Assembly: GCA_964016885.1 (NCBI GenBank)
Contig: CAXHJY010000424.1
Location: 1-64,000 of the forward strand
DNA from: Eledone cirrhosa
Lineage: Eukaryota
Direction of reading: 5' to 3'
DNA: 64,000 nt
Shown: positions 1-14,520 of the stretch, one piece after another
Layout: each line of letters begins with the position of its first letter
Numbering within the stretch: the first letter of the stretch is position 1
Program-made: the position numbers and the translations under genes
Notes under the pieces: generated by a model
What the model was told of the DNA's origin: nothing
Seen by the model: the letters and a program-made list of their open reading frames with translations, nothing else
Databases searched by the model: none

Positions 1-295
1 CAGTCATCTCTGGCATTTTCCTATACAGTACATTATTAACAAATAATCCAACGAGGTCCGTTACTTGCGCCGAGTCAGATGATCCCATAGTAATATCAAA
101 ATTGTTTTTTCTGTCGGCTCTTGTCCAGAGATGATTATTAAATTCTACTAGTGTTTTACGTGCTGTTAAAATTATATTCATTTCATCACTAGATAAGTCT
201 GTATGTTTAGACGCGTAGATAAGTGCCTTATTAAGTAAACTAAGGGTAATAGAAGAGTAGTAATTTGCAATATCCATTTGAATGAATTTTTTGTT
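1..295 (-). mobile_element. Penelope-like element RT fragment
   Basis: Minus strand reads MDIANYYSSI...ARKTLVEFNNHLWTR...FDITMGSSDSAQVTDLVGLF, homologous to the PLE RT at 54494. Confidence 0.75.
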
Positions 296-924
296 ATGTA
301 ATTTGTTATGTAATTTTTTGTTATATAATTCTAAAATACAATATTATAAATACAATATTATAAAATACAATTTTATAATATATAATTATAAAATACAAAT
401 CAACTTCCTTCGTAACTCATATTAGAAATACAAACAACTAATAACTGTAAATTATTTCTATTTCTATAATACTAATACATATGCAATTATTAATCTATAT
501 AGATATTTATATACATCTAACCTATTGTAATGTAATAAGATAAAAATACTTACAATCATAATTCTTCATATAATCTAATTGATTATATATACAATATTAT
601 AACTCATAATATAGGTAAATAAATTTAAATTTAAACTCTGGAATCATATTCCACCTTTCCCCCAAATTAACGTAAATACAAGCTCTTCTTCCCTTTTCTT
701 CTTTCCTACGCATACAAACACATATCATAATTATTTAAATTCTCCATAACGTCTAAAATAACGTTTTTTCAGCCCTTTACCTCAACCTCGTTTGCATACA
801 CATTTGCATACTCATCTCAACAATTTGAAATATCTGACTTTTCTTCTCTTATCCCTTCACTATCCAAGGAAAACTTGAACCGTTATTTTCCTTGGTTATG
901 TCAAAACTTATAAAACACACTTCG

Positions 925-987
925 TATTTTATCTGATGAAAGCGTACCAAAGTTTTGGTACCCTTGAAATATATATATAATAGAATA
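925..987 (+). ncRNA. Type I hammerhead ribozyme in PLE terminal repeat
   Basis: TATTTTAT-CTGATGA-stem II (aagcgtaccaa/ttggtaccctt)-GAAAT-atatat-ATA-ATAGAATA; same family as 61478. Confidence 0.65.
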
Positions 988-1168
988 AATATGGTTTTAT
1001 AAATATAGTTTCCATTTATTTAACATCATTGTATATATATATAGGAAAATGTTTGACTCCGACGGCAGAGCTCAAGCCGTACCGACGGCTATTACCCACT
1101 CTACTACCCTAAGTATTGAGTACTCTGGTGCGTTATGATGCATTAGGTTCCTTGCCACGCTTTCTTCG

Positions 1169-1222
<54 letters not shown>

Positions 1223-1513
1223 ACCTGTTCTTCAACACCAGTAATTCACCGGTTAGATGAATTGTCTAAAATGCGCTGAAACATCTGTGACCGTAGTAGA
1301 CAATTAATGAAGGGAAAATGTCCATCTCTTGTTTGTGTCCCCTTACACTTGTTATCAGTAACCACACAGCCTCGTGTCTCTCTCAATCCATATTTATGTA
1401 TTTATTGTTGTGATCCCCGCTCGATCCTCTTTATCTATCTCGTTAGGTTTTGTTGTTCCTGATCGAACTTATACCTTACCATTATTTTGGATCAACTCTT
1501 TCCCTTTCTCTCC

Positions 1514-1516
<3 letters not shown>

Positions 1517-1585
<69 letters not shown>
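1517..1585. repeat. (CT)n microsatellite
   Basis: Direct reading. Confidence 0.95.
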
Positions 1586-1588
<3 letters not shown>

Positions 1589-2146
1589 GATCTCGCTTGT
1601 TTGTTAGTCCTGGTCAGACTTATGTTGTGCCACCCTTTTGGACTAACTCCCTTTCCCACCTCACCTCCTCCCCTCTCTCTCTATCCTTCTTACTCATCTC
1701 CTCTGGTTTTCTAACGCCCTCTCTCTGCCACTTCAGTCTCCTGCATCTCCCCGCCCCCCATCTCTCTCTCTGCGGCCACTTTCACTGAGAATAGACATGT
1801 TTCTCTCAGCTCCGCTGTTAATATGGCCCCTGGGCTTAAACCCAACGGCTTTTTTTAAATTTCGTCCTATTTCCTCTCGGTTACTTACTTACACGTGCCC
1901 TGTGTTTCCCCCGTCTATCGCTATGTTTTCTTCCTTTTTCCCTTTTTTCTCTCATTTCGTTCTTTCTTTCTCTCTCTTCGCTATCGCTTCTTTCCCCCAT
2001 GGCTTTTAGATAGATAAAAAGCTATGGGCACACTACGGATAGATGTATTGTCTATAATGCGCTGAAACATCTGTGATCCGTAATAGACAACTAATGAAGG
2101 GAAAATGTCCATCTCCTGTTTTTGTCCTCTTACTTTCTAACATTAT

Positions 2147-2332
2147 CGGTGGATTGGCAGTATCAGTAGAGGGTTGAACGCCATGCTTTGACGCATTGAG
2201 TTACGGCCCTTGCCATTCTGAGTTCAAATCCCGCCGAGGTTAACTTTGCCTTTCATCCTTACGGGGTCGAAAAATAAAGTACCAGTAATACACTGGGTAA
2301 TTGCTGACCTTGTGCTAAAAGTAGAAACAATT
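2147..2332 (+). mobile_element. tRNA-derived SINE with MetaSINE-like core
   Basis: A-box-like TGGCAGTATCAGTAGA, B-box GAGTTCAAATCC, core GCCTTTCATCCTTACGGGGTCGA..AAGTACCAG, tail GTAGAAACAATT; about 20 copies in the window. Confidence 0.85.
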
Positions 2333-2558
2333 ATATATATGTATGTGTGTGTATGTATGTATATGAGTATATATATATGGAATTGGAAAAAATGTCTTTA
2401 GATAAAAATAACATATAATCCCCATTCTCCAATTGCCTCCCCACTGACATCCACCCATCCCTACCAGAAAATGTATAAATACCACCATAACACATTGACA
2501 GTCGGCTTTCGTGATGATTTCCTTCGAACGAAACGGTACTAGTCCCATAGAAGCCATT

Positions 2559-2609
<51 letters not shown>

Positions 2610-3112
2610 ATCGGAGAAAGCTTTTTAGCGATACTCCGGCCAAATTCCAACTCACTCAACAAACATTAGGAAATAAGTAATTATATTTCTAATTAAGCGT
2701 TAGGGGTGCTAACTAAAAGTATTGCGTGAAAAAATTGGCTGTATTATTTCATATGAGACATATCGAATATATCTCTTCCCAGACGGACGTCTCGTTTCAT
2801 TATAGGATTCCTACAATTTGGGTGAAATTATACCAATTTAGGAGCTTGTATACCATCAATAGATATATATTCAAGTGGGCTCCTATAATTCATCAGTGGG
2901 TGCCCCAATAATACTAATATTGATAATCTAATCAACATCAGTATTTAGCGATAATCATCATCAGTGCCTGAGGTATCTGTCAGGTTGCTAGTCCAGCAGT
3001 TCTAAAGAAATGCTCAAACTGATTAAAAAATGAGGAAGTAAATTACCGCCAAAAAAAAAACACTACATGCGCATGACAATGAACTCTAAAAGGAATTTAG
3101 GCCACGTGCTAG

Positions 3113-3148
<36 letters not shown>

Positions 3149-3152
<4 letters not shown>

Positions 3153-3332
3153 AGATTGGCAGTATCAGTAGATAGTCGGACGCCATGCTTTGACACAGAG
3201 TTACGGCCCTTGCCATTCTCAGTTCAAAACCCGCCAAGGTTAACTTTGCCTTTAATCCTTACGGGGTCGATAAAATAAAGTACCAGTAATAGACTGGGTA
3301 ATTGCTGGCCTTGTGCCAAAAGTAGAAACAAT
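3149..3332 (+). mobile_element. SINE copy
   Basis: Near-identical to 2147-2332. Confidence 0.85.
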
Positions 3333-3420
3333 TATATATATATATATATCAAGCGTGAAACTAATATTAACACTTTGTACTGCCTCTGCGCTTAGTCGTT
3401 GTTTTTTGTTTTCTGTTTCA

Positions 3421-3508
<88 letters not shown>

Positions 3509-3736
3509 ATTGTTTCTATATGTATATAATGATTGTTTTCTTGAGGGGATCTAAAAAAAAACCCAGTTAAATAAGGTACTCATTACGTTAGTTGAGAAGT
3601 AGCATATATATTTTATATAGAAATGAATTGTACAGAACTAGAACTTTTTCATTCGTATGAAATCATTAGGAAGTCCATTTAATATACATATATACATAGA
3701 CACACACCCATATATATATATATATATATATATATA

Positions 3737-3922
3737 ATTGTTTCTACTTTTGGCAAAAGGCCAGCAATTATCAGTACATTACTGGTACTTTATTTTATCG
3801 ACCCCCCGTAAGGAGGAAAGTCAAAGTTAACCTCGGCGGGATTTGAACTCAGACCGTAAAGGGACGTAACTATGCTGGAAAGCATGGCGTCTGACTATCT
3901 ACCAATACTGCCAATCCACCGC
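3737..3922 (-). mobile_element. SINE copy
   Basis: Reverse complement of the same SINE family. Confidence 0.85.
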
Positions 3923-4540
3923 TACATATACTATATATATAATACACACTCAAACGCACATATACTTATATATATATTATAATAGTTATGTGACTGTAAA
4001 TTGTAATTACGGTAGAATGAGCCCTAATAGAAACATTTTTCGATCCAAGAGTGAAAAAATATTTTTCTTTTCGAGTATATTTGCATCATTTTTTCTAACA
4101 AAGCTTTTTGGTTCAAAGAAAATTTTCTGTGATTGGTTTCAAATTAAATTGAAATTATCTTTGCTCTTCATTGTTTCGGTGGCGATAAAATAAGTTCCAA
4201 TTCATGACTGTGGGCTGGCGGAATTGTTAGAGCATCTTGTGGTATTTGTTCTGGCTATTTTTGTTCTGAGTTCAAATCTCGCTGTTGCATACATGGATGG
4301 TATACTTAATCCGTTGCCCAGTCTTAAATCACCATCAGGCTCTTTGCTGTCTTTAGTAGAGCCCACTTTGTTGCAAGCATTCAATGGAAGTCTCCGGCTT
4401 CAAGATATCTTCTCTTCTGCCATTAGTTTCGGAGGCCATTAATAGGGTCATGCGCAATGCCATTACCTCCCCGACTAAATAGTAAAAAAATGAATATACA
4501 CACTACCCTCACCTTTCAACAATAATCTACACACACAGGC

Positions 4541-6865
<2,325 letters not shown>

Positions 6866-7015
6866 ATGTATTTTTTGCTTGCAATGCCTACCTTTAATAT
6901 ACAGTAAATTTTTACAACTAAATATATTTTGGAAAAATGAAGCTCTACAAACAATAATTTTTAGCCTATATAATATTTGAGCAATTTAAAGTGTAATATG
7001 ACTGAAATAGTCATA

Positions 7016-7419
7016 TTTTACCACCAGTCCGTAAATATAATTAGCATGTTACGTTTATTTAATTTTACCACCAGTCCGTAAATATAATTAGCATGTTACG
7101 TTTATTTAATTTTACCACCAGTCCGTAAATATAATTAGCATGTTACGTTTATTTAATTTTACCACCAGTCCGTAAATATAATTAGCATGTTACGTTTATT
7201 TAATTTTACCACCAATCCGTAAATATAATTAGCATGTTACGTTTATTTAATTTTACCACCAGTCCGTAAATATAATTAGCATGTTACGTTTATTTAATTT
7301 TACCACCAGTCCGTAAATATAATTAGCATGTTACGTTTATTTAATTTTACCACCAATCCGTAAATATAATTAGCATGTTACGTTTATTTAATTTTACCAC
7401 CAATCCGTAAATATAATTA
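7016..7419. repeat. 47-bp minisatellite, about 8.6 copies, ending about 40 bp before the gene A acceptor
   Basis: Unit ttttaccaccagtccgtaaatataattagcatgttacgtttatttaa; period 7021 to 7068. Confidence 0.95.
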
Positions 7420-7460
7420 ATTACTTAATTATAAAAAACAAACATATGTTCTCTTTTCAG

Positions 7461-10400
7461 ACAAATGTACCTATAATGGAGAGCAACATAAAGGAATGTT
7501 TCTAATTGATTGCAATATATGTGTATGTCGGGAAAATGGCAAAGCACTATGTACAAACAGACGATGCGACTACGGACAACGACCTACATGTTTGTATCAA
7601 GGTAAACGTTACACAGTAGGACAGGCATTCCAACAATCATGTAAAACATGTGTATGCAGATCCAATGGTCAAATGGAATGTAGTACAAAGGATTGTGCTA
7701 AACAATGTACATATAAAGGAAAGCAGTATCAAGTGGGTGAAGAATTTAAAGACAACTGTAACAAATGTAAATGTCTTTCTTCTGGCATCACTGAATGTAC
7801 AAATAATGTGTGCCAGTGTCAATATAAAGGTAATGTCCACAACCATGGACAGACCTTCAAAGATGGATGTAAGTCCTGTACTTGTCAAATTAGCGGAATA
7901 GTGCAGTGTAGCAACCAAGGATGTGAATGTTATCACAAGAACATTCGCTATCAAACAGGACAAACATTCTCAGATGATTGCAATACATGTGAATGTTTAA
8001 ATAACGGCAATGTGAATTGTAGTCAAAATCCATGTACATGTACCTACAAAAATATTGTTTATAGTTTCGGAAAACAATTCAAGGATGGCTGTAACAACTG
8101 TACTTGTCAACAAAATGGACAGGTCAAATGTACAAATAACCTTTGTTCATGTACATATAAAGGAGAGATCTATGCAGTTGGACAGAAATTTAATGACGAC
8201 TGTAACCAATGTGAATGTTTATCTAGTGGTACAGTGCAGTGTTCTAACAAGCCTTGTAAATGTTTTGAAAATGGAAGATCTTACCCCATTGGTGCTACAT
8301 TTAGCAAGGACTGCAATACATGCACATGTCAAATAGATGGTCGTATACAGTGTACAAACAACCCATGTACTTGCACCTACAACAATAGAGTTTATAATTT
8401 CGGACAACAATTCAATGATGACTGCAACACCTGCACTTGTCAACAAAATGGACAGGTCCAATGTACAAATAACCGTTGTCTATGTACATATAAAGGACAG
8501 GTTTATCAGATTAATCAGAGATTTAATGAAGAATGTAACCAATGTGTTTGTCAGTCAAATGGAGATGTTCAATGTACTAGTAACGTCTGTAAATGTACAT
8601 ACAACAACCAGGTCTATAATATTGGTACTACATTTAAACAGGACTGTAACAACTGTACCTGTCAACAAACTGGACAAGTCCAATGTACAAATAAGCAGTG
8701 TCAATGTATATATAAAGGACAGGTTTATCAAATTCGTCAAAGATTTAACGATGATTGTAACCAATGTGAATGTTTATCTAGTGGTACAGTGCAATGCTCT
8801 AACAAGCCATGTAAATGTTTTGAAAATGGAAGATCTTACTCCATTGGTGCTACATTTAGCAAGGACTGTAATACATGCACTTGTCAACAAAATGGACAGG
8901 TCCAATGTTCAAATAACCGTTGTCAATGTACATATAAAGGACAGGTTTATCAAATTAGTCAAAGATTTAATGAAGAATGTAACCAATGTGTTTGTCAGTC
9001 AAATGGAGATGTTCAATGTACCAGTAACGTCTGTAAATGTACATACAACAACCAGGTCTATAATATCGGGGCTACATTTAATCAGGACTGCAACACCTGT
9101 ACCTGTCAACAAACTGGACAGGTCCAATGTACAAATAAGCAGTGTCAATGTACATATAAAGGACAGGTTTATCAAATTGGTCAAAGATTTAATGAAGAAT
9201 GTAACCAATGTGTTTGTCAGTCAAATGGAGATGTTCAATGTACCAGTAACGTCTGTAAATGTACATACAACAACCAGGTCTATAATATTGGTACTACATT
9301 TAAACAGGACTGTAACAACTGTACCTGTCAACAAACTGGACAGGTCCAATGTACAAATAAGCAGTGTCAATGTACATATAAAGGACAGGTTTATCAAATT
9401 GGTCAAAGATTTAATGACGACTGTAACCAATGTGAATGTTTAAATAATGGCAATGTGAATTGTACACAAAACCCATGTAGATGTACCTACACAAATGTGG
9501 TTTATCGTATCGGAACTCAATTTATAGATGGCTGTAACAACTGCACTTGTCAACAAAATGGTCAGATCGAATGTAAAATTAACCCTTGTCAGTGTGCTTA
9601 TCACGGACAGATCTATCAAACTGGTCAAATATTTAATGATGATTGCAACCAATGTGAATGTTTATCAACTGGAACTGTGAATTGTACGAAAAAGACTTGT
9701 AAATGTATTTATAAAAATATGGTTTACAATTTCGGAGCACAGTTGAAAGACGACTGCAACAACTGCACATGTAAAGACAACGGAGTGGTTGAATGTACCA
9801 ATAGAATCTGTCAATGTACATATAAGGGTCAAATTTATCAGCAAGGTCAAATATTTAATGATGATTGTAACCAATGTATATGCATGGCTGGTAAAATTGT
9901 GCAATGTAGCAGACACCAATGTACATGTACCTACAAAAATATCATTTACAAAGTAGGTGCACAGTTCAAAGATGGGTGCAATAGCTGTAATTGCAAAACA
10001 AACGGAAAAGTTGAATGTACAGAAGGTCAATGTCAATGTACATATAAAGGACAGATCTATGTAGTTGGCCAGAAATTTAATGACAGCTGTAACCAATGTG
10101 AATGTTTAAATAACGGCAATGTGAATTGTAGTCAAAACCCATGTAAATGTATTTACAACAACCAGGTTTATAATATAGGAGCGCAATTCATGGTCGGCTG
10201 TAACAACTGCACCTGTCAACAAAATGGACAAGTCCTATGTAAAAATAAACAGTGTCAATGTACATATAAAGGACAAGTTTATCAAATTGGTCAAAGATTT
10301 AACGTTGATTGTAACCAATGTGTTTGTCAGTCAAATGGAGATGTTCAATGTACCAGTAACGTCTGTAAATGTACATACAACAACCAGATCTATAATATCG

Positions 10401-13400
10401 GGGATACATTTAAACAGGACTGCAACACCTGTACCTGTCAACAAAATGGACAGGTCCAATGTACAAATAAGCAATGTCAATGTACATATAAAGGACAGGT
10501 TTATCAAATTGGTCAAAAATTTAATGACGACTGTAACCAATGTGTTTGTCAGTCAAATGGAGATGTTCAATGTACCAGTAACGTCTGTAAATGTACATAC
10601 AACAACCAGATCTATAATATTGGGGCTTCATTTAATCAGGACTGCAACACATGTACCTGTCAACAAAATGGACAAGTCCAATGTACAAATAAGCAGTGTC
10701 AATGTACACATAAAGGACAGGTTTATCAAATTGGTCAAAAATTTAATGATGATTGTAACCAATGTGAATGTTTATCTAGTGTTACAGTGCAGTGTTCTAA
10801 CAAGCCATGTAAATGTTTTGAAAATGGAAGATCTTACCCCATTGGTGCTACATTTAGCAAGGACTGCAATACATGCACATGTCAAATAGATGGTCGTATA
10901 CAGTGTACAAACAACCCATGTACTTGTATCTACAAAAATAGAGTTTATAATTTCGAACAACAATTCAAGGATGGCTGTAACAACTGCACTTGTCAACAAA
11001 ATGGACAAGTACAATGTTCCAGTAACCCATGTCAATGTACATATAAAGGACAGGTTTATCAAATTGGTCAAACATTTAATGACGACTGTAACCAATGTGT
11101 TTGTCAGTCAAATGGAGATGTTCAATGTACCAGTAACGTCTGTAAATGTACATACAACAACCAGATCTATAATATTGGGGCTTCATTTAATCAGGACTGC
11201 AACACATGTACCTGTCAACAAAATGGACAAGTCCAATGTACAAATAAGCAGTGTCAATGTACACATAAAGGACAGGTTTATCAAATTGGTCAAAAATTTA
11301 ATGATGATTGTAACCAATGTGAATGTTTATCTAGTGTTACAGTGCAGTGTTCTAACAAGCCATGTAAATGTTTTGAAAATGGAAGATCTTACCCCATTGG
11401 TGCTACATTTAGCAAGGACTGCAATACATGCACATGTCAAATAGATGGTCGTATACAGTGTACAAACAACCCATGTACTTGTATCTACAAAAATAGAGTT
11501 TATAATTTCGAACAACAATTCAAGGATGGCTGTAACAACTGCACTTGTCAACAAAATGGACAAGTACAATGTTCCAGTAACCCATGTCAATGTACATATA
11601 AAGGACAGGTTTATCAAATTGGTCAAAAATTTAATGACGACTGTAACCAATGTGTTTGTCAGTCAAATGGAGATGTTCAATGTACCAGTAACGTCTGTAA
11701 ATGTACATACAACAACCAGATCTATAATATCGGGGCTACATTTAAACAGGACTGTAACAACTGTACCTGTCAACAAAATGGACAAGTGCAATGTACAAAT
11801 AAGCAGTGTCAATGTACATATAAAGGACAGGTTTATCAAATTGGTCAAAAATTTAATGACGATTGTAACCAATGTGAATGTTTATCTAATTGTACAGTGC
11901 AATGTTCTAACAAGGCATGTCAATGTTTTGCAAATGGAAGATCTTACCCCATTGGTGCTACATTTAGCAAGGACTGCAATACATGCATATGTCAAATAGA
12001 TGGTCGTATAAAGTGTACAAACAACCCATGTACCTGTACCTACAACAATAAAGTTTATAATTTCGGACAACAATTCAAGGATGGTTGTAACAACTGCACT
12101 TGTCAACAAAATGGACAAGTACAATGTTCCAGTAACCCATGTCAATGTACATATAAAGGACAGGTTTATCAAACTGGTCAAACCTTTAAAGAAGAATGTA
12201 ACCAATGTGTTTGTCAGTCAAATGGAGATGTTCAATGTACCAGTAACGTCTGTAAATGTACATACAACAACCAGATCTATAATATCGGGGCTACATTTAA
12301 ACAGGACTGTAACAACTGTACCTGTCAACAAAATGGACAAGTGCAATGTACAAATAAGCAGTGTCAATGTACATATAAAGGACAGGTTTATCAAATTGGT
12401 CAAAAATTTAATGACGATTGTAACCAATGTGAATGTTTATCTAATTGTACAGTGCAATGTTCTAACAAGGCATGTCAATGTTTTGCAAATGGAAGATCTT
12501 ACCCCATTGGTGCTACATTTAGCAAGGACTGCAATACATGCATATGTCAAATAGATGGTCGTATAAAGTGTACAAACAACCCATGTACCTGTACCTACAA
12601 CAATAAAGTTTATAATTTCGGACAACAATTCAAGGATGGTTGTAACAACTGCACTTGTCAACAAAATGGACAAGTACAATGTTCCAGTAACCCATGTCAG
12701 TGTACATATAAAGGACAGGTTTATCAAACTCGTCAAACCTTTAATGAAGAATGTAACCAATGTGTTTGTCAGTCAAATGGAGATGTTCAATGTACCAGTA
12801 ACGTCTGTAAATGTATATACAACAACCAGGTCTATAATATCGGGGCTTCATTTAATCAGGACTGCAACACCTGTACTTGTCAACAAAATGGACAAGTCCA
12901 ATGTAGTAGTAACGTCTGTAAATGTACATATAAGAACCAGGTCTATAATATCGGGGCTTCATTCAAACAGGGCTGTAACAACTGTACCTGTCAACAGAAT
13001 GGACAGGTCCAATGTACAAATAAGCAGTGTCAATGTACATATAAAGGACAGGTTTATCAAATTCGTCAAAGATTTAACGATGATTGTAACCAATGTGAAT
13101 GTTTATCTAGTGGTACAGTGCAATGTTCTAACAAGCCATGTAAATGTTTTGAAAATGGAAGATCTTACCCCATTGGTGCTACATTTAGCAAGGACTGCAA
13201 CACCTGCACTTGTCAACAAACTGGACAGGTCGAATGTACAAATAAGCAGTGTCAATGTACATATAAAGGACATGTTTATCAAATTGGCCAAGCTTTTGTT
13301 GATAGATGTGAGAAATGTAATTGTTCGTCTGGTGGTTTCTTTAAATGTTTTAACTCATCATGTTCCTGTACACATAACGGAATATCATATGAAGCAGGGC

Positions 13401-13834
13401 AATCTTTTCAATACGGTTGTTACACCTGCAACTGTAGCCTTAGCGGTGCTGTCAGCTGTACCAAGGACCAGTGTTTGTCATGCACTTACAAAAATAAGCG
13501 TTATAATAACGGTGATGTTTTCTATGATGCCTGCAATAAGTGTAACTGTTCTGTTGATGGGACTGTGGACTGTGAGAAGAAACAATGTCCAGCTAATTGC
13601 ACGCATAAAGGAAAACAGTATTCCATCGGTGAAACATTTAAAGATTTATGCAATTCTTGTATTTGTGGACAGTTTGGCATTGTAGCCTGTACAAAGAAAG
13701 CTTGCACTCAGTCGTGCCAGTATTATGGAAAATTCTACAAAAACGGAGAAATGTTTATTTCACGAGACAGATGCAATATTTGTGTGTGTGCGTTTGGTTA
13801 CACCCATTGTACTAAGCGTGTTTGTTATTCTTAG
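7461..13834 (+). CDS. Gene A giant coding exon: 57 tandem 37-aa six-Cys pacifastin/VWC-like modules (kielin/chordin-like-type annotation expected); 5' exon not found in window
   Basis: Acceptor ctcttttcAG ends at 7460. Phase-1 start (x)AC-AAA-TGT-ACC reads KCTYNGEQHKG into the 2112-aa ORF. Module consensus CxYxGxxYxxGxxFxxxCNxCxCxxxGxVxCTxxxC. Stop TAG 13832-13834 is immediately followed by donor GTAAGC. Confidence 0.9.
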
Positions 13835-14384
13835 GTAAGCAGTATATATTTTTTGACCTATTGTATTTATTTCAGTTAGTAGTTGTTACATACAATAGAC
13901 ATGTGCAATTAATTACTTTGCAGTATTGAATTTATTTTCTGGTTATAAATATAATATCGCCAATACCGCGTTTCTTTAAAAATGTAAATTAAATAACCAT
14001 TATGAAACACACGAAACTGAATTTACTGTGAAAAGATATATCCGAGAAGATTAAGCAAGGAAGTATTTATTAGAATATACCCTATTCTGCTGGGTCCGAA
14101 GTTGCTTTCATCTCTCCGGAGTCAATAAAATTAAATACTTATCACACATTGAGTTAAATCCAATAGACCTCTCATAAATACAGTATACACGAAAATCTAT
14201 TGACTTTAAAGTTTCCATAATATCAACATCGACGTAGTTTTATATAGCAAATTTTAAATAATTAAATATTTCCATTATAATATTTACAACTTAATGAAAC
14301 TATATTTATTCACATACTCTATAATATAATATAATTGTTTCTACTCTATAATATAATATAATATAATATAATTTTTACTTACAG

Positions 14385-14520
14385 AATGAATGGTACCAAA
14401 TGAAGAACATTTTTTCATGTCGTAATTTCTTAAATTTAATTAAAACACTTTTTTTTTTTTCATTCATGTATATACCATCATATCAATTTATTTAAATTTA
14501 AATATATTAAATAAAAAAAT
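14385..14520 (+). other. Probable non-coding terminal (3' UTR) exon of gene A
   Basis: Acceptor tttttacttacAG ends at 14384, about 550 bp after the donor at 13835, similar to the 544-bp last intron of gene B. ATTAAA at 14439 and AATAAA at 14510. Confidence 0.55.

Noticed and set aside
2147-2235. tRNA gene
   Set aside because: A and B boxes belong to a SINE head; no cloverleaf; followed by SINE core and tail.
4224-4442. Hydrophobic ORF as candidate signal-peptide exon of gene A
   Set aside because: Starts at TTG, derives from a decayed SINE head (GAGTTCAAATC B-box) and has no suitable phase-1 donor; the true exon 1 is probably upstream of the window.
7016-7419. CRISPR-like appearance of the 47-bp and 49-bp arrays
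   Set aside because: Head-to-tail repeats without unique spacers, no cas genes, eukaryotic context.
7650-13685. Long alternative-frame and antisense ORFs overlapping gene A (and 45832-48097 in gene B)
   Set aside because: By-products of the repetitive Cys-rich coding frame; broken at recurrent stops; no independent signals.
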